This document shows positions 14,310-28,155 of a stretch of DNA of 64,000 bases, one piece after another. The stretch's first letter is position 1, and each line of letters opens with the position of its first letter. Origin of the DNA: Rhynchobatus australiae (lineage: Eukaryota); NCBI GenBank assembly GCA_034780895.1, contig JAUZTB010000062.1, positions 7,700,494 to 7,764,493 on the forward strand. Reading direction: 5' to 3'. Below the pieces are notes generated by a model, which was not told the origin of the DNA, did not search any database, and was given only the letters and a program-made list of their open reading frames with translations. Both the position numbers and the translations under genes were made by a program.

Positions 14310-14800
14310 TTATTTTGGTTAGAAAAGGGAGAATCATTGAATATAATGTATTAGGATTTTCAAAAAGCTTTCAAGGTGACATGAAATTGGCAGCTATAAT
14401 TAGGGCTAACTAACATTAGGGGTGATTTTATAACATGGATAAGACTCGTTAATGGATGGGTTGTAACACGAGATACCAAAAAGGGTCAATGCTTGGGCTT
14501 CAATTATTTACGAATTCAATGAAATGGAGAAGAGGACTGCAGTGTTTCCTCATTTGTAAGCAATACGAACATTTAAGGGGAGGCAAAGAACCTATTGTAT
14601 AATAGACAACTGAATGGTAAGAACATGGCTGATGGAAGGTGATAAACAGAAATTGAGTATGTTAAACACAGAGACATAGTATCCAAGAAAATCATGAGAT
14701 ACGGAATAGTACAGGAGGGTGCAATGAAAATAGATCAATCACAACCTTATTAAATGGCAAAGCAGACTTGAAGGGTCAAGTAGCCTATTTCTGTTTTTTT
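14310..14800 (+). mobile_element. Highly decayed CR1 RT/3' fragment
   Basis: tattaggattttcaaaaagctttc (Y.DFQKAF motif) and a 3' tail gacttgaagggtcaagtagcctatttctg. Confidence 0.6.
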
Positions 14801-16734
14801 TAAAAAAAGATGTTCATTTAGCTTCCAAAAGCTTCAGATTCAACCTGAAATTAACTACAATATTCTGATTAGTTTAAAGTTATGCATTTAAAGATTTCAT
14901 ATCACTTTGCATAAAGTTTATTGTTAGCTTGATACAGTGTAACTGTAGTAGATTAAGAAATAAGCACAAAATTGAAGTGTAAGCTTAGGGTTAAAAGGAC
15001 CTATTACCACATTTTACTAATCAGTAAATTTAGTGGCTGAAATGGCAATTCTATAGATAATTATAAAATGAGGGGGAAAATTTTAAATGGGTGGTCACTT
15101 TGAGGGAAGAGAAGAGTTTCAACTTGCTGTTATTAATCACATCTTTGTCAGTGCAAATATGAAGTGCAATTAATATGTACTCCATTCAGAGCAAGCTAAA
15201 TTAGCTGCAAAGGAAGTAATGGCATTTAAAGAAATTTAACTAAAGCATCAGATCCAGGCAGGATAAAAATGCTAGACTGGCTATTTTATTTGGGAGAATG
15301 TCAGGTGAAGTGAAAATAGCTTCCAAAAATCTAAAACAGGCAAAATCTGGTGGTAAGATAACAGTTTCTCTTTTGATTACAATATTCTTACCAAGTTAGT
15401 AGCTCAAAGTGTAGTTTTAACTGATGAAACTAAGTTTAATAGTGTGTTTTTGAAACTAACTTTTCCCATTTATATGGTTACTTAATTAGTGGTCATTTAT
15501 CCTTGCCTAATTATGTAGAGATATGCATGTTGTAAGCTTAGAGTTAGGGACATGTGCAACATTGGAGATTAATTACTTACATAAAACTTTTCAAGAGTAC
15601 GTAATTCAAACCAAAAAGATTTCCAACTACCATGGCCAGTTTGCATCGTTTCATATTTAATTTATTAAAGCTGTTTACATAATTCAAGTTAATCACCTTT
15701 ATTAAACCTAATCCACTACTGAGCTTTTTTAAAAGCTGGTAGGGGATTTGTTTGCAACAATTTTGCTAAAATGTGGTATTATAATTAGAATCATGTACTC
15801 TTTGTGATAGTGTTCAGGAACAATGGATCTTTCACTGTTACATCTAGAGATTCATCCTTGTTTGTCAACATCAAGATATAGGACTTCCAAGAAATACACA
15901 GCTTTCATTGATCCTGCCTTCAGAAAGTCAAAAATAAGGATTTTTTTTAATGCAATGAACGATCAGTTTTAACTTTCCTCAAGTAATTAAGAAGGGTTAT
16001 AAGTATTGCGGCAATCAAAAAAGACACTTGCAATAAAATGAATTTGGCTTGGTCAATGTAAAATGCATGAAGGAAGTTTATACAGAAAATTTTTTTAAAA
16101 GGGTGATAATTTGAGGTGGTTGATTAGACAGCTTCAGATGAACAAAATTTTTTAATTGAGGGAGAGGTTACAGACGTGCAATGGTTTTGGCAGAACTGCA
16201 GAAGAGCCCACAATGCTGAAAGAACCAATAGCTTCAAAAGAAATGTTTGAGAACACCAATTACAGAAAAGCAAATAGTTCAATTTCTCATTTGCAGTTGA
16301 TAAATCTCAAAAGCTTAAAAGAAAAAGTCTTATCTAGTGATTGGGGTGGGGAGGAAAACATCAAATGAAGGAGTATACTACAGCAACAGATGGAGATTCA
16401 CTTTGCTTATATAAATTGAAAAGTTGAAGAACCTATTACTGAATAACAAATGTAACTTACATATTCCTTGAACAAATCAAATCTGTTTGTTTTCAGATTT
16501 CAGTATTAAATTGCTACAAATGGTTATCTCTAAAAGGGCAAGGATCAATATAGTGATTAAATAAATTCCAGTCTACATACTGTCTGCAAATTGATGCAAT
16601 AAATTAAAACCCTGCTAAATAAGCATTCAGTGACTTGATAGTGTAAAAGAGTCTATGTATCAGTGGAAGTCCTATGTGATTGACAAGTACAGAAACTATT
16701 TAGAAGTTTTTTTATTACATGGAAATACTGAAAT

Positions 16735-18550
16735 AAGGGCAGAAAAAAGATGAAATATGAAGGTAAGCTAGCCAATAATATAAAAGAGGATACCAGAAGT
16801 TTTTTTCAGATATATAAAGAGTAAAAGAGAAGCAAGAGTGGACATCAGACCGCTAGAAACTAATGTTGGAGTAGTAGTAATGGGGAACAAAGAAATAGCG
16901 AACGAACTGAACAAATATTTTGCATCAGTGGAAGACACCACCAACATGCCAGAAATTCGAGAGACACGGGGCAGAAGTGAATGTAGTCGCTATTACTAAG
17001 GAGAAGGTGCTTGGGAAGCTGAAAGGTCTGAAGGTGAACAAGTCAGCCAGTCCAGAAGGACTACACCNNNNNNNNNNNNNNNNNNNNNNNNNNNNNNNNN
17101 NNNNNNNNNNNNNNNNNNNNNNNNNNNNNNNNNNNNNNNNNNNNNNNNNNNNNNNNNNNNNNNNNNNCCACAGGGTTCTGAAAGAGGTAACTGAAGAAAT
17201 TGTGGAGGCATTAGTAGTGATCTTTCAAGAATCACTACTCAGGAATGGTTCCAGAGGACTGGAAAATCACAAATGTCACTCCACTCCAAGAAGGGAGGAA
17301 GGCAAAAGACAGGAAATAATAGGCCAGTTAGCCTGACTTCAGTGGTTGGTAAGATGTTAGAGTCCATTGTTAATGATAAGGTTTCAAGGTACTTGGAAGC
17401 ACATGATAAAATAGGCCAAAGTCAGTATGGTTTCCTTAAGGGGAGATCTTGCCTGACAAATCTATTGGAATTCTTTGAGGAAGTAACAGGCAGGATAGAG
17501 AGAGTCAGTGGATGTCATTTACTTGGATTTTCAGAAGGCCTTTGAGATGCTGCTGCACATGATGCTGTTAAACAAGATAGGAGTCCGTGGTATTACAGGA
17601 AAAGTACTAGCATGGATAGTAAATTGACTGGTAGTGTTGAGGAAGCAGGGAGTCTGCAGAAGGAGTTGGACGGGTTGGGAGAATGGTCAAAGAAATGGCA
17701 AATGGAATATAGCATAGGGAAGTATATGGTCATACACTTTAGTAGAAGGAATAATGGCAATAGACTATTTTCTAAATGGGGGGGATGGGGGAGAAAGAAT
17801 TCAGAAATTGGAGATGCAGGGGGACTTGGGAGTCCTAGTGCAGGATTTCCTAAAGGTTAACTTGCNNNNNNNNNNNNNNNNNNNNNNNNNNNNNNNNNNN
17901 NNNNNNNNNNNNNNNNNNNNNNNNNNNNNNNNNNNNNNNNNNNNNNNNNNNNNNNNNNNNNNNNNNNNNNNNNNNNNNNNNNNNNNNNNNNNNNNNNNNN
18001 NNNNNNNNNNNNNNNNNNNNNNNNNNNNNNNNNNNNNNNNNNNNNNNNNNNNNNNNNNNNNNNNNNNNNNNNNNNNNNNNNNNNNNNNNNNNNNNNNNNN
18101 NNNNNNNNNNNNNNNNNNNNNNNNNNNNNNNNNNNNNNNNNNNNNNNNNNNNNNNNNNNNNNNNNNNNNNNNNNNNNNNNNNNNNNNNNNNNNNNNNNNN
18201 NNNNNNNNNNNNNNNNNNNNNNNNNNNNNNNNNNNNNNNNNNNNNNNNNNNNNNNNNNNNNNNNNNNNNNNNNNNNNNNNNNNNNNNNNNNNNNNNNNNN
18301 NNNNNNNNNNNNNNNNNNNNNNNNNNNNNNNNNNNNNNNNNNNNNNNNNNNNNNNNNNNNNNNNNNNNNNNNNNNNNNNNNNNNNNNNNNNNNNNNNNNN
18401 NNNNNNNNNNNNNNNNNNNNNNNNNNNNNNNNNNNNNNNNNNNNNNNNNNNNNNNNNNTTGAAAAGGAAAAAACAAAAATCAGCCATGATCGAATAGCAG
18501 AGTAGACTCGATGAGCTGAATGGCCCGATTCTGCTCCCATGTCTTATGGA
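16735..18550 (+). mobile_element. CR1 LINE ORF2 (reverse transcriptase) remnant, frameshifted and gapped
   Basis: Translated motifs GNNRPVSLTSVVGKMLESIV, QYGFLKGRSCLTNLLEFFEEVT and VDVIYLDFQKAF. An internal deletion near 17630 removes the FADD region. The CR1 tail is at 18480-18550. Confidence 0.93.
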
Positions 18551-20782
18551 AGTGATCTCTATTAACTTTATGCCCAATACAAATTTCCATAAAATTATTA
18601 TATATTTGACACATTTCCCCAAGCACAGGTATTTTACTGCACTTCCAAAACCTCTCCTCTGAAGAATTTGTTCACTGAGAGCACTGATATTTTACTGACA
18701 AAGTATTAGGTACTTTTGACCAACTTACTTCTTGATCAATACTTCATAGCATATCAGGCATCCAGTTATCTCAAGAAACTGTCCAAATAGGAAAGGGTTC
18801 ACAAAATAAATTAGGTAATATCCTCACTTACAGAATAGCCCAAGTTGCTGGGTACAATGAAGTTGTTATTCTGTCCATTCACTGTAACCAATTCTGTAGC
18901 AGCTCATGAATTGTAAGTAATTCTGCACCTGGAATTAACACTGACCAAATTCAATTTAACAATCACCACTTGCAGGTAAATTAGCACCACCTATGATATC
19001 AAGTGCAAATATTCTATTCAAAAACAATTGGAACAACAAGTGTTAGTACAGATGAGAATACATTGACATTTCCTCAGAGCATGCACTTCCTAATTAGAGT
19101 ATACCCCACACGTTAAATATTCAGTCTTAATTTGGCCATTTTTTCCAATACAATGACTAAAAGAAAAGGCATTTGAAGTGCATCTACATGAAAGAGCCCT
19201 GGTGACACTTCAAGTGCTGTGTGACAAGAAAAGCAGATGTGCTCCAATGATATCAGCTGCAGGGGATCCCCGTGGAATGGTTCTACTTCCTGGCACTGAC
19301 TGCAAATGCAGCACGCCAACAAGACTTTATTTTTAAAAAAATACATTGTGTGCTTCAGTAGAGTTTGGGAGAACAAATAAATAGGTTGTGCTTGATATGA
19401 AAGCTGGCAGCAACGTTGAGACACAGTGTACAAAAGAGGTCAGAGGGTTTATAGTGGAGGCTCAAGGAAAGCTGATTTTAAAAACTTCTTCAGACAAAGC
19501 AGGGGGCCAGTTACATTTCTGAATAGAGGGCTTATTTGTATTTATCCTCTCAAACTGAAGTGCATACATCTAGAGTTACAGGAATGGGGAGGAGGAGCTG
19601 GGGGATGGTTGGGAAAAAAAAAGATGGAGTTTCAGATGTTTTCCCACTATTGGTATGAATGTTCACCATCTTAAAACTGGATTGTTGCAATGTCAATCTA
19701 TTTAGCAATATTTTATCTTGACACCTATTAAATATACATTTGCGTCTACAAAGTCTACCAATCATTTTGATGAACTTAAATATGGATATTATCAATTTAA
19801 AAGTAATATATTAATCAGTAACTACATGCCAACTCATAGGGACTCAAGGTCAGAAGAGGCAAGTGAAATCTAAAACGCAGAATTGTAAATCTTGATTGAA
19901 GCAGTTAGCAAGACAATGGTTGTTAATTAGTTTGATAAATTTCACAATACTAATAAATGGTCCATTTCACATCTATAAGCAGACAGCTTCACATGGAAAT
20001 GAAAATTTAACAAAGTGTCCCTAGAGTAAGTAAAGCACCAGGTAACAATGCCTGACTTGGCAACAACAGCATCATGAAATCATACAACCTTCACCACCAA
20101 GCTTTATGGTTGGAAGTCAAATAAATTTGAAAAAATTGTGAAAGGTTTTGATGTAATTATCGAAAGCACCCTCGAAAGTCACACCTCGAAAGGTTAAAAA
20201 TTAGTCAGTCCCAGTACTTATTTGAACTTCCTGTGCAATAGCAAAATAAAACAAAAGCCTTTTGTCCTTGCTAAAGTTACAGTCACACATAAACGTCACC
20301 AAGAATTAGCTTCTTCTATTGTGCTTCAAGTTTACTGCAAGGTTTCCTATCAGGAAACAGCTGTCTTTGGCATAAATGTATTCTGCAAGTAAAACGAAAA
20401 GCAGTCCTTTACTGACCATTAATCTAATCAAAGTATTTACTTTACTGGTCACTATACAAATACATACAAGAGAGCTGTTGGCAGCAGCTATAACTTTCAC
20501 TATGCCACATGTCCTACTAGGACAGACCCAAGAAAGACATTATACTGTAAAAATTTTTGAAAAGTTGAAAATCAAAACCAATCTTTTTACATTTAAGAAA
20601 GCATACAGAAAATATTTTAGTTCCAAATTTTCTTCGCTTCTGCCAACTATTAATAATTATTATTAAAACAGCAATAATTTTGTATTGGTGCTTTATATTA
20701 AATGTAAATAATAGATTTGCTTTGATAGTGAACACAATTCAGTCAAATGTACTTCTTTACTTCAGTTTCAAATGTTTGAGCT

Positions 20783-20987
20783 AAAAGCAAAAAAATTGCA
20801 GAGGCTGCAAATCTGAAAATCCTAGAAGTACTCAGCAGGTCAGGCAGCATCTGTGGAGAGAGTTAATGTTTCACATCGATGAACTATCATCAAATGCAAG
20901 GCAGGTCTGTAAAGCCAATTCTGTTTTGCTTTCTATGCATGCTACCTGATCTGCTGACCATTTCCAGCATTTTGTGCTTCCATTTCA
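20783..20987. mobile_element. Penelope-like terminal repeat, fold-back pair with decayed hammerhead core
   Basis: Arms tcagcaggtcaggcagcatc and atgctacctgatctgctga. Minus-strand TTGATGA...GAAACATTAAC at about 20860-20895. Confidence 0.65.
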
Positions 20988-23366
20988 TCAGGTACCTCCC
21001 TAAAACAGTACTTCCTCATGAAACATTTGTGCTGTGGTCTTATAACAGAATGTTCTGGGAAACATTCCACAGACTATTAGCCGTGTCTATGCACAAATGA
21101 GCAAGTGTTAACACTGCCCAATCTTAATGATACACGAAAACTAAAGCAATAATTGCAGAAATAAAGTCAGTTCTTATTAACTGTGCTAACTGTATAGTTA
21201 AACTAGGATACATCAGCTAACATCTGTAATTCACAAAACTAAAATGAAGTCTACTCCACTGTCATTTCCCAGATGTAATACTTTAACAACTTTCACTTTG
21301 TAATGCAAGTAATTAAAATGCATGAAGAACAGACATGGATACAAAAGCTGGTCTTGAATGTACTTGGGTTGAAAAACAACGATTCTATCAGCCATTATGC
21401 AGTTGAGAACCAACACAACTGACTACAAAGCACTAGCTGTATTGTTCTTAAACAACATGTCACACTAATGAATCGTTGCTAAAATATGCTCAGAACAGCA
21501 TTCAGTAGTCTAGCTGCCTGTTGGACAATAACTAGCCATTCTTTATTAAATCAGTACACGAGAATCCCCTTATCCACCATTAAAGTGGTGCCCTTAATAA
21601 GGAAAGGAAATTGGCAGGCAATATACAAATTTAGTCTTGCATAATTATCCTTTATTATGCAATAATATGGGAATGGTGATGAAAATAAATGTAACAAATT
21701 TAGCACCATCACCAAGAAACAGTGGTAAAATACAATAGCAAGATCACTTTCACAAAGTGATCTCATGTGCAAGATTATGATGGAATATAGATAATGCAGG
21801 TTGTACTGTAATAGTGATCAAGCAGTGTTTTGGAAAAAAAAACAGCGTATACACCAATTAAAAAGGCAAAAGGGAATAAGAGAATTCTGTTTATAGGAGA
21901 AGTCTATTTAATTTGCTTTCTTTTAATCCAAAATGTGGAAGAAGTCAGAGAAAATGACTTTTACTCTGACTTGTGGGGCACCAACTGCTTAACCACTCAG
22001 ATCAATTGTTTTAATCAGTGGAAGTTTCTGAAGGATAGTTTAAAGAATTTGAAATGAACAAGGCTTCTACAAAGTTTTAACCATTTACAAGCCCTCATTC
22101 AAGTCATCCAATATTCTAACTTGAAAATGTTTTGTCAGTACTCCATCGGTCCAGTCCCTGGTCCAAATATTGGCCCCCTACCCAACAGCTCAGCCTTCAA
22201 GATTTCAAGGCAGTGAACCATAGCTTTCTCAAGAGCAACTAGGGACAGCTAATAAATGGCAGCTTTGTCAGTAATATGCATATCCAGTATCTGTTCTTAT
22301 GATTTATTTACTCAAAAATTTTTTAATAACTGCCTGTGAAGTGAATATGAAATTTAATGAACCTACTATAGCAAAAACATTTACATAAAATATTCCTGCT
22401 CTGACGTGTGTGGAGATGGGAAAGAGAAAGCTGTCCTTGATAACAACATCCAGTCACTCCATGATAGGAGTTGCAGGATGGTGAAGACCAAAAACATCAA
22501 AGCAGCAACAAGTTGAAGTATCTTCATGACTGACCTGGGAGGCAAATTGCTTAAAATCAGGCTTCAATGCGTTTTACCAAGGGATCAAGAAACAGACCAT
22601 GGAAGGAGCATGCGCAGTTCCAAAATTTAAGTGCCTTTTCTAGCACTCGTTGTGGGCCAATAAGAGAGGAATCCTAAGCACATACTTTTTCCTACTCCAG
22701 ATTACCTTGCCTGGTGATGATTGCACCCAGCTGTCAATCTGGCTATCAAGTCAGCTATCTGCTGAGCAGAAAAATAAATGCCATTAATTTAGTAGAACTC
22801 CCAAGGCTCCAATATTGCCAGGTTCTTTGATCAGTCTCAGCCTTCTCTGCATGTTCCTGAAAACATAAGCAGCATTAAAATTCACATATTTATTGAACAT
22901 CTATTACCTGTATGTGGACTTCCAGTTATTGGAACTGGAATATTCCACTATCACTCTGAAAGTGGAATAGTGTAGCCTAAACCAAATGATTTACACTTCT
23001 TCAGTAATGGAGTGGTCCTAGATACATACAGTGAAACTACAGCTACCCTAGATCTGTCAGAAAGTATGCTCCCATGGCATCAGCTCTTGCACTTGTTCTA
23101 AATTAGGTTTAGCATTAAACACAGGGATCAAAAATAAGCTCACTCATCCTCAACATCAGCAGCAATCAGGGTACAAGCATATGTGCTACACTAATGCTGG
23201 AAATAATTCTTGTGGGAAAATGTTAACCAACAAGTTTGCTATAAATAAAAACAGAAGTTAAGAGTAAAATTGAGAATCTCTTAAGCTTGTAAAACTTTGA
23301 CAAGTATTTGAAATTAGAAAGATTTTTGTTCTACTGAAGTTTTGTTTTTTTTAAAAACCGTACCGT

Positions 23367-23718
23367 GGGGCAACACAGTAGCATAGTGGTTAGCACAACG
23401 CTATTACAGCGCCAGCGATCGGGGGTCAATTCCCGTCACTGTCTGTAAGGAGTTTGTACATTCTCCTGCATCTGCGTGGGTTTCCTCTGGGTGCTCCGGT
23501 TTCCTCCCACATTCTAAAGACATACGGGTAGGTTNNNNNNNNNNNNNNNNNNNNNNNNNNNNNNNNNNNNNNNNNNNNNNNNNNNNNNNNNNNNNNNNNN
23601 NNNNNNNNNNNNNNNNNNNNNNNNNNNNNNNNNNTAGGTTAATTTGAGGTTTAAAATGGGCAGCGCGGACTCGTTGGGCTGGAAGGGCCTGTTACCACAC
23701 TGTAAATAAAAATTAAAA
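23367..23718 (+). mobile_element. V-SINE (HE1-like) with CR1-type tail
   Basis: tRNA-like head (A box tagcatagtgg, B-box-like gggtcaattcc), V domain gggtttcctctgggtgctccggtttcctcccaca, and tail gggctggaagggcctgtt. Interrupted by an N gap. Confidence 0.85.
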
Positions 23719-25919
23719 CAATGTGGTGATGCCACAAAGAAAAAAAAAATCAGATTGTGAATTTGTGGCCCAAGTTGTTTCAGCAAACCTCTGCCAAGGT
23801 AGCAAAAAGACTACTGTAATTGTTCCCAAACTACCAAGAGTAAATGGTGAGCAGTGCTTGGCTGGAAAGGAGTACTGGTTCTTGTCAAGAGGTCAGGGGA
23901 GGTGGGGGAAGAAAGTCAGTCAAGGATCCAGTTTTTGACTCCTGAACTGTGACCATCAACATATGATAACGTGGAGTAATTAAAACAGGACTCGATTGTT
24001 GCATCTTCCATAAATTAGAACATCTGCTAGCTACATATTTGAAACCTGGTCAGCTGCTCAGGGTCAATGAGGGCCAGCACTTGTATAACACCACTGATTT
24101 CAACCCAAGATACCCTGCAGGGAACAAACAATGTGAGAAAGTGTTTTCAAACCACGATTCAATTCCAGTACATCAACAATTCTGGTACAGAATAAAAGGC
24201 AGAGCTCAAAAGATCACCTCTGTTCTTAAGCAACAGTCATTGATAGGGAGAGATTGAGCAAGACACCACTGTGTAGATTCATCTACTTTGTAAAAATTAA
24301 GTTACCTCAGAAACATTGGACCTTGAGTTTTTATGTGCACAACAGACTTTAATTGAAAGTATGCATTTAAAGAATGTTTTCTTTCTTTTGAGAAATTAAT
24401 TCTATTCAAATGAACTCAAAGATTCATTGACTAAATTTCTGTTTATCTTTAATGAAATACTATCTAGAAATGGTTAGCAAACTGCTGTTGCACAATACCA
24501 GTCAAGGATCTTGGGACTCCAGTCACAAGAAACATTAATCAACTTTGTTCAGCAGCATAAAAATAACTTGTTTATCAAATTGTTGAAGCAACATCTTTTC
24601 TAGCAGATTTGACTCCATAAATGCCACTACTCCAACTATTAATGCACAGTCACTGTGCATTTCTAGATTTGAGATTGACATGACATTAACTGAAGTCTGC
24701 CATTTCCAAACAGCCCACCATCTCTGAAGGCACTTTTTGCATCACCACTAATACTTAAAGTATCTACTTGCTGAAACAAACTACATATTAACATATGATG
24801 TCAGATATTTCAAACAGATTCAAAGCATAATTAAAACAAGCTCACTTAGAAATCCTGTTAGAATTTAATGCCTTGAAAATTGCATTTTACTTTTCCAGTG
24901 TATTAAGTGCATATGATGGGTTCTACTCACCTGCCCACCAATGTCAAATCAGGTGCAAAAAGAACTAAACTAGGATGTCCTCACTTTATGAAACTGCTTT
25001 TATGGTTTTCTCCCATTTAGAAGCATTGGAAGCTGACTCACGCATTCAAAAGTGGCAGCTACTGCCTGAATTCATAGCTGCCAACTTATTTACATACTGT
25101 CCAATGGAAGGCAGGTTAGCATTATTAAAGCATTCTTTCTCGGCAGTCATACAGGCTGCCATGGGCGTGAGAGGGTAGAATAAATCATGGTGGGAAGGGG
25201 CAGGGAAATGCCAGTACAAGGGGAAGGGATCAATGGCACAGCATTGGGTAATGAGACCCCAGAATGCTAAGGAATGACACGACCGGGACCCATGCCACAA
25301 ATCAGGCCACAGCCACAGATCATTGAGGCCAACCACTGCAAGATCTATGGCACAGATACAATGTAGGCTTTGTCACTGCTGCCTGTCTGCAAAATGGCAG
25401 CACTCACAAATCAATGTGGGGGTTGGTCAGTGAAAATAAAAACCAATGCCTCAGCCAGGAATACTTTAACTCGTAGATGATTCCCAACTTTTTACGTGAA
25501 ATTCTCCCATTTCAGATTGGCCTTTAGATCCAAATTTTCAAGCTTAATTTGGAAAGGCATGTCATGCTTTGATGGGCAAAATATGGCAGCCAAAGAACAT
25601 CCATGTTGGGATGAACCATGATAGGATATGCACAGTCCAAGTTCCTGATGGCCACAAAATACATGTGCAATTTGCCTTTCATTTGTGATTTATGCACAAG
25701 CACAAATGTATTTTTCTGAACTAATCTAGAAGTGTATCTTCATACTTCAAGACCAAGGGAAAAGCTGACTTACCACTAAAATGTACTGATCCCCAACTGC
25801 AGAATAAATGCTAAATCAAATTCAAACACAGTATGAAACCAGACACACCCAGAAAAAACATCAACATTAAACCAATTATGGTTCAACAGTTAGCAGTAAG
25901 CATCCAAGGCTATGTAGCT

Positions 25920-26550
25920 CTTCACAGGCTGGCAAAATGTCTCAAAATCCTTCACAGGGGAGCATTATCAAATCACTTTAAAGACAAAAGAAAGGTGGCA
26001 AAGAGAGATTTGGAGAGATTCTACAGATTAGGGCCTTGCCAACTAAAAGCATTTTCTCTGATGGTGAAACAATAAAAGCCTGAAGAGCAATGGGCAAAAT
26101 TAGAGTTTAGAATTTGGATAGACAAGGGATTGAAAGAAACGATACAGATTATAAGGGGAAGAGAATGGAGGGATTTGGAAACAAAGGTGAGAATTTTAAA
26201 ACAGTGGAATACCACTTCCAGATGAATCGCTAAAGGTTGACAAGCCAAGGTAATAAGTGAACAAGACCTTGCCCTAATCAGTAGCATTTTGGATGATAGA
26301 GGGTAACCCAAGGAAGTTCAGCTGGCAGTGTTTTGCAATGGTCAGGTCTGGAGGTAACGAAAGGAATAATATTAAAGTTTCAGAAGATAAACTGAGGAGA
26401 GTAGACAATCTCAGCAACAACGTGAGTTCCAATGTTCAACCTGGAGTCATATGCAAGATCGAGGCTGTCGACAATGGGAGGAAGTTGGTAGGGAATGGAG
26501 TTTGTGCCCGTGCCAAAAGACGATGGCTTCAGTCTTTCGAATAAATTAAA
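25920..26550 (-). mobile_element. L2 LINE ORF2 C-terminal fragment
   Basis: Minus-strand remnants FVTSRPDHC (cf. L2 FVTSRLDYCN) and FKILTFVSKSLHSL (cf. FKIL.L.FKSLHGL). Confidence 0.75.
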
Positions 26551-27079
26551 TAATCACACACAATTGATCTAACATTGGAAGAACAACTAGTTTGGCTACA
26601 GAAACTATTGTTACTTCAGGGGATATTTTGCATTCAAGTGAAACACCGAGAACCTGCTATCAATGTGAACTTACGGACTGAATAATGAACACCTGCTCAG
26701 TTCAGGTTAACTTGATTACAGTTAATATGCAAGCAGCTTATAACAAAACTAAGATACCTGATAAATAAAGATTAATACAAGCTGGGAGAGAACATCTTAG
26801 CTGGAATTTTAAGACTTTTTATTTCAAACTGTTTAAATACAGCTCATTTTAAAGTAACTAATCTATAAAAGATCACAGAAATCTACAGCTTATTTCCATT
26901 GATTTAGACTTCAAATAGCTCAAGGTTTCACATGAAATTATTGGTGTTTTAGATTTTGGTCAACATCCTGTTATTTTCTTTTTTCTGCTGAGATTGAATT
27001 ACTTCCTTAATTTCCTTCCTGGTCTTTAGTAATTAGATAAAACATTTTACTTTAATACTCTAATCTTGAAGAATCTCAG

Positions 27080-27760
27080 AATTGTTACAGCACTGGAGGC
27101 GGCTCTTTGATTCTGAGCCCACACCACCATTTTGCAAGATTATGATTCCTCATATCTGTGCACACATTTCCCCCTTCAAGTACTTAGCCAATTTGATTTT
27201 GAAAGACAGGATCCGCTTCCACTGTTCCTTCAAACAGCATATTCCAGATCATAATCACTCGCTCTGTAACAAGGTTTTTCCTCACATCACCTTCAGTCTT
27301 TTTTTTTTGCAATCACCCTAAAACACTGTTCTCAAGTTCTTTAATCTTCCGTTGGAAACAGATTTGCATTATTCACTGTGTCTAAATCTTCCATAATTTT
27401 GAACATTGCCACCATATCTCCACACTAAGGAGTAGTGCAATCTTAGCTTCCTAGACTAGCCATGTAATCAAAGACCCTCAACTCCAAAAATCCTTTCCTG
27501 TACCCTCTCCAAGGACTTCACAACCTTCCCAAAGTCTTGCTGCCTTCTATGGGGCCAATATTCCAGCACTGCACAAACTACAAATTGATGTTTTGTAGGG
27601 GTTTCTGGCTTCTGTAGATAATGCCTCTATGGATTCTTAAAGAGTAAAAATCCCCACCAGTTCAATCACCTTCAAGGATAATTGCACATGTGGCCCCAGT
27701 CCCCTCCGTTCTTGCACTCCTTTCAGAATGCACCCTTTCAATTATATTCCTTCTTTCTTC
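27080..27760 (-). mobile_element. CR1 LINE 3' fragment
   Basis: Reverse-complement CR1 3' motifs (attccagatcataatcactcgctctgt; cctttcctgtaccctctccaagg). Confidence 0.65.
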
Positions 27761-27939
27761 TCACACATTTAGTGTCAAATACCTTAATACAATAAAAACA
27801 AACAAATTCTGTTGCTTCAANNNNNNNNNNNNNNNNNNNNNNNNNNNNNNNNNNGAAGGAAAATAACAGCAAGAGACAAAACATTTTGAACCATTTCCCT
27901 TCTACAGTATTTTAAACAGATGGCACAAGAAAGCAGGGT

Positions 27940-28155
27940 TCAGAGAAAATGCAGTGGATCAAAAATCATACGAGTCATTCACAGCTGTGCCCCAAGGTAA
28001 GGCAACTTAAAATATCTTGACAGGTACTTGAATGAACAGGGCATAGAGGGATCTGGAACTAATGCAGGCAAGTGGGATTAATATAGAAAGGTAAGATCAT
28101 CAGCACAGATGAGGTGGGCCAAAGGCCTATTTCAATGCTGCACAACTCTATGACT
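27940..28155 (+). mobile_element. CR1 LINE 3' UTR
   Basis: gacaggtacttgaatg...aatgcaggcaagtgggatta...gggccaaaggcctatttcaatgctg...actctatgact. Confidence 0.7.

Noticed and set aside
17754-18622. Long ORFs made of X (also near 40.7, 48.1 and 55.7 kb)
   Set aside because: They only span N gaps.
19249-19271. Cluster of palindromes (GATATC, CAGCTG, CTGCAG, GGGGATCCCC) resembling a vector polylinker
   Set aside because: The order and spacing do not match a cloning vector I recognise, and the flanks are ordinary genomic sequence.
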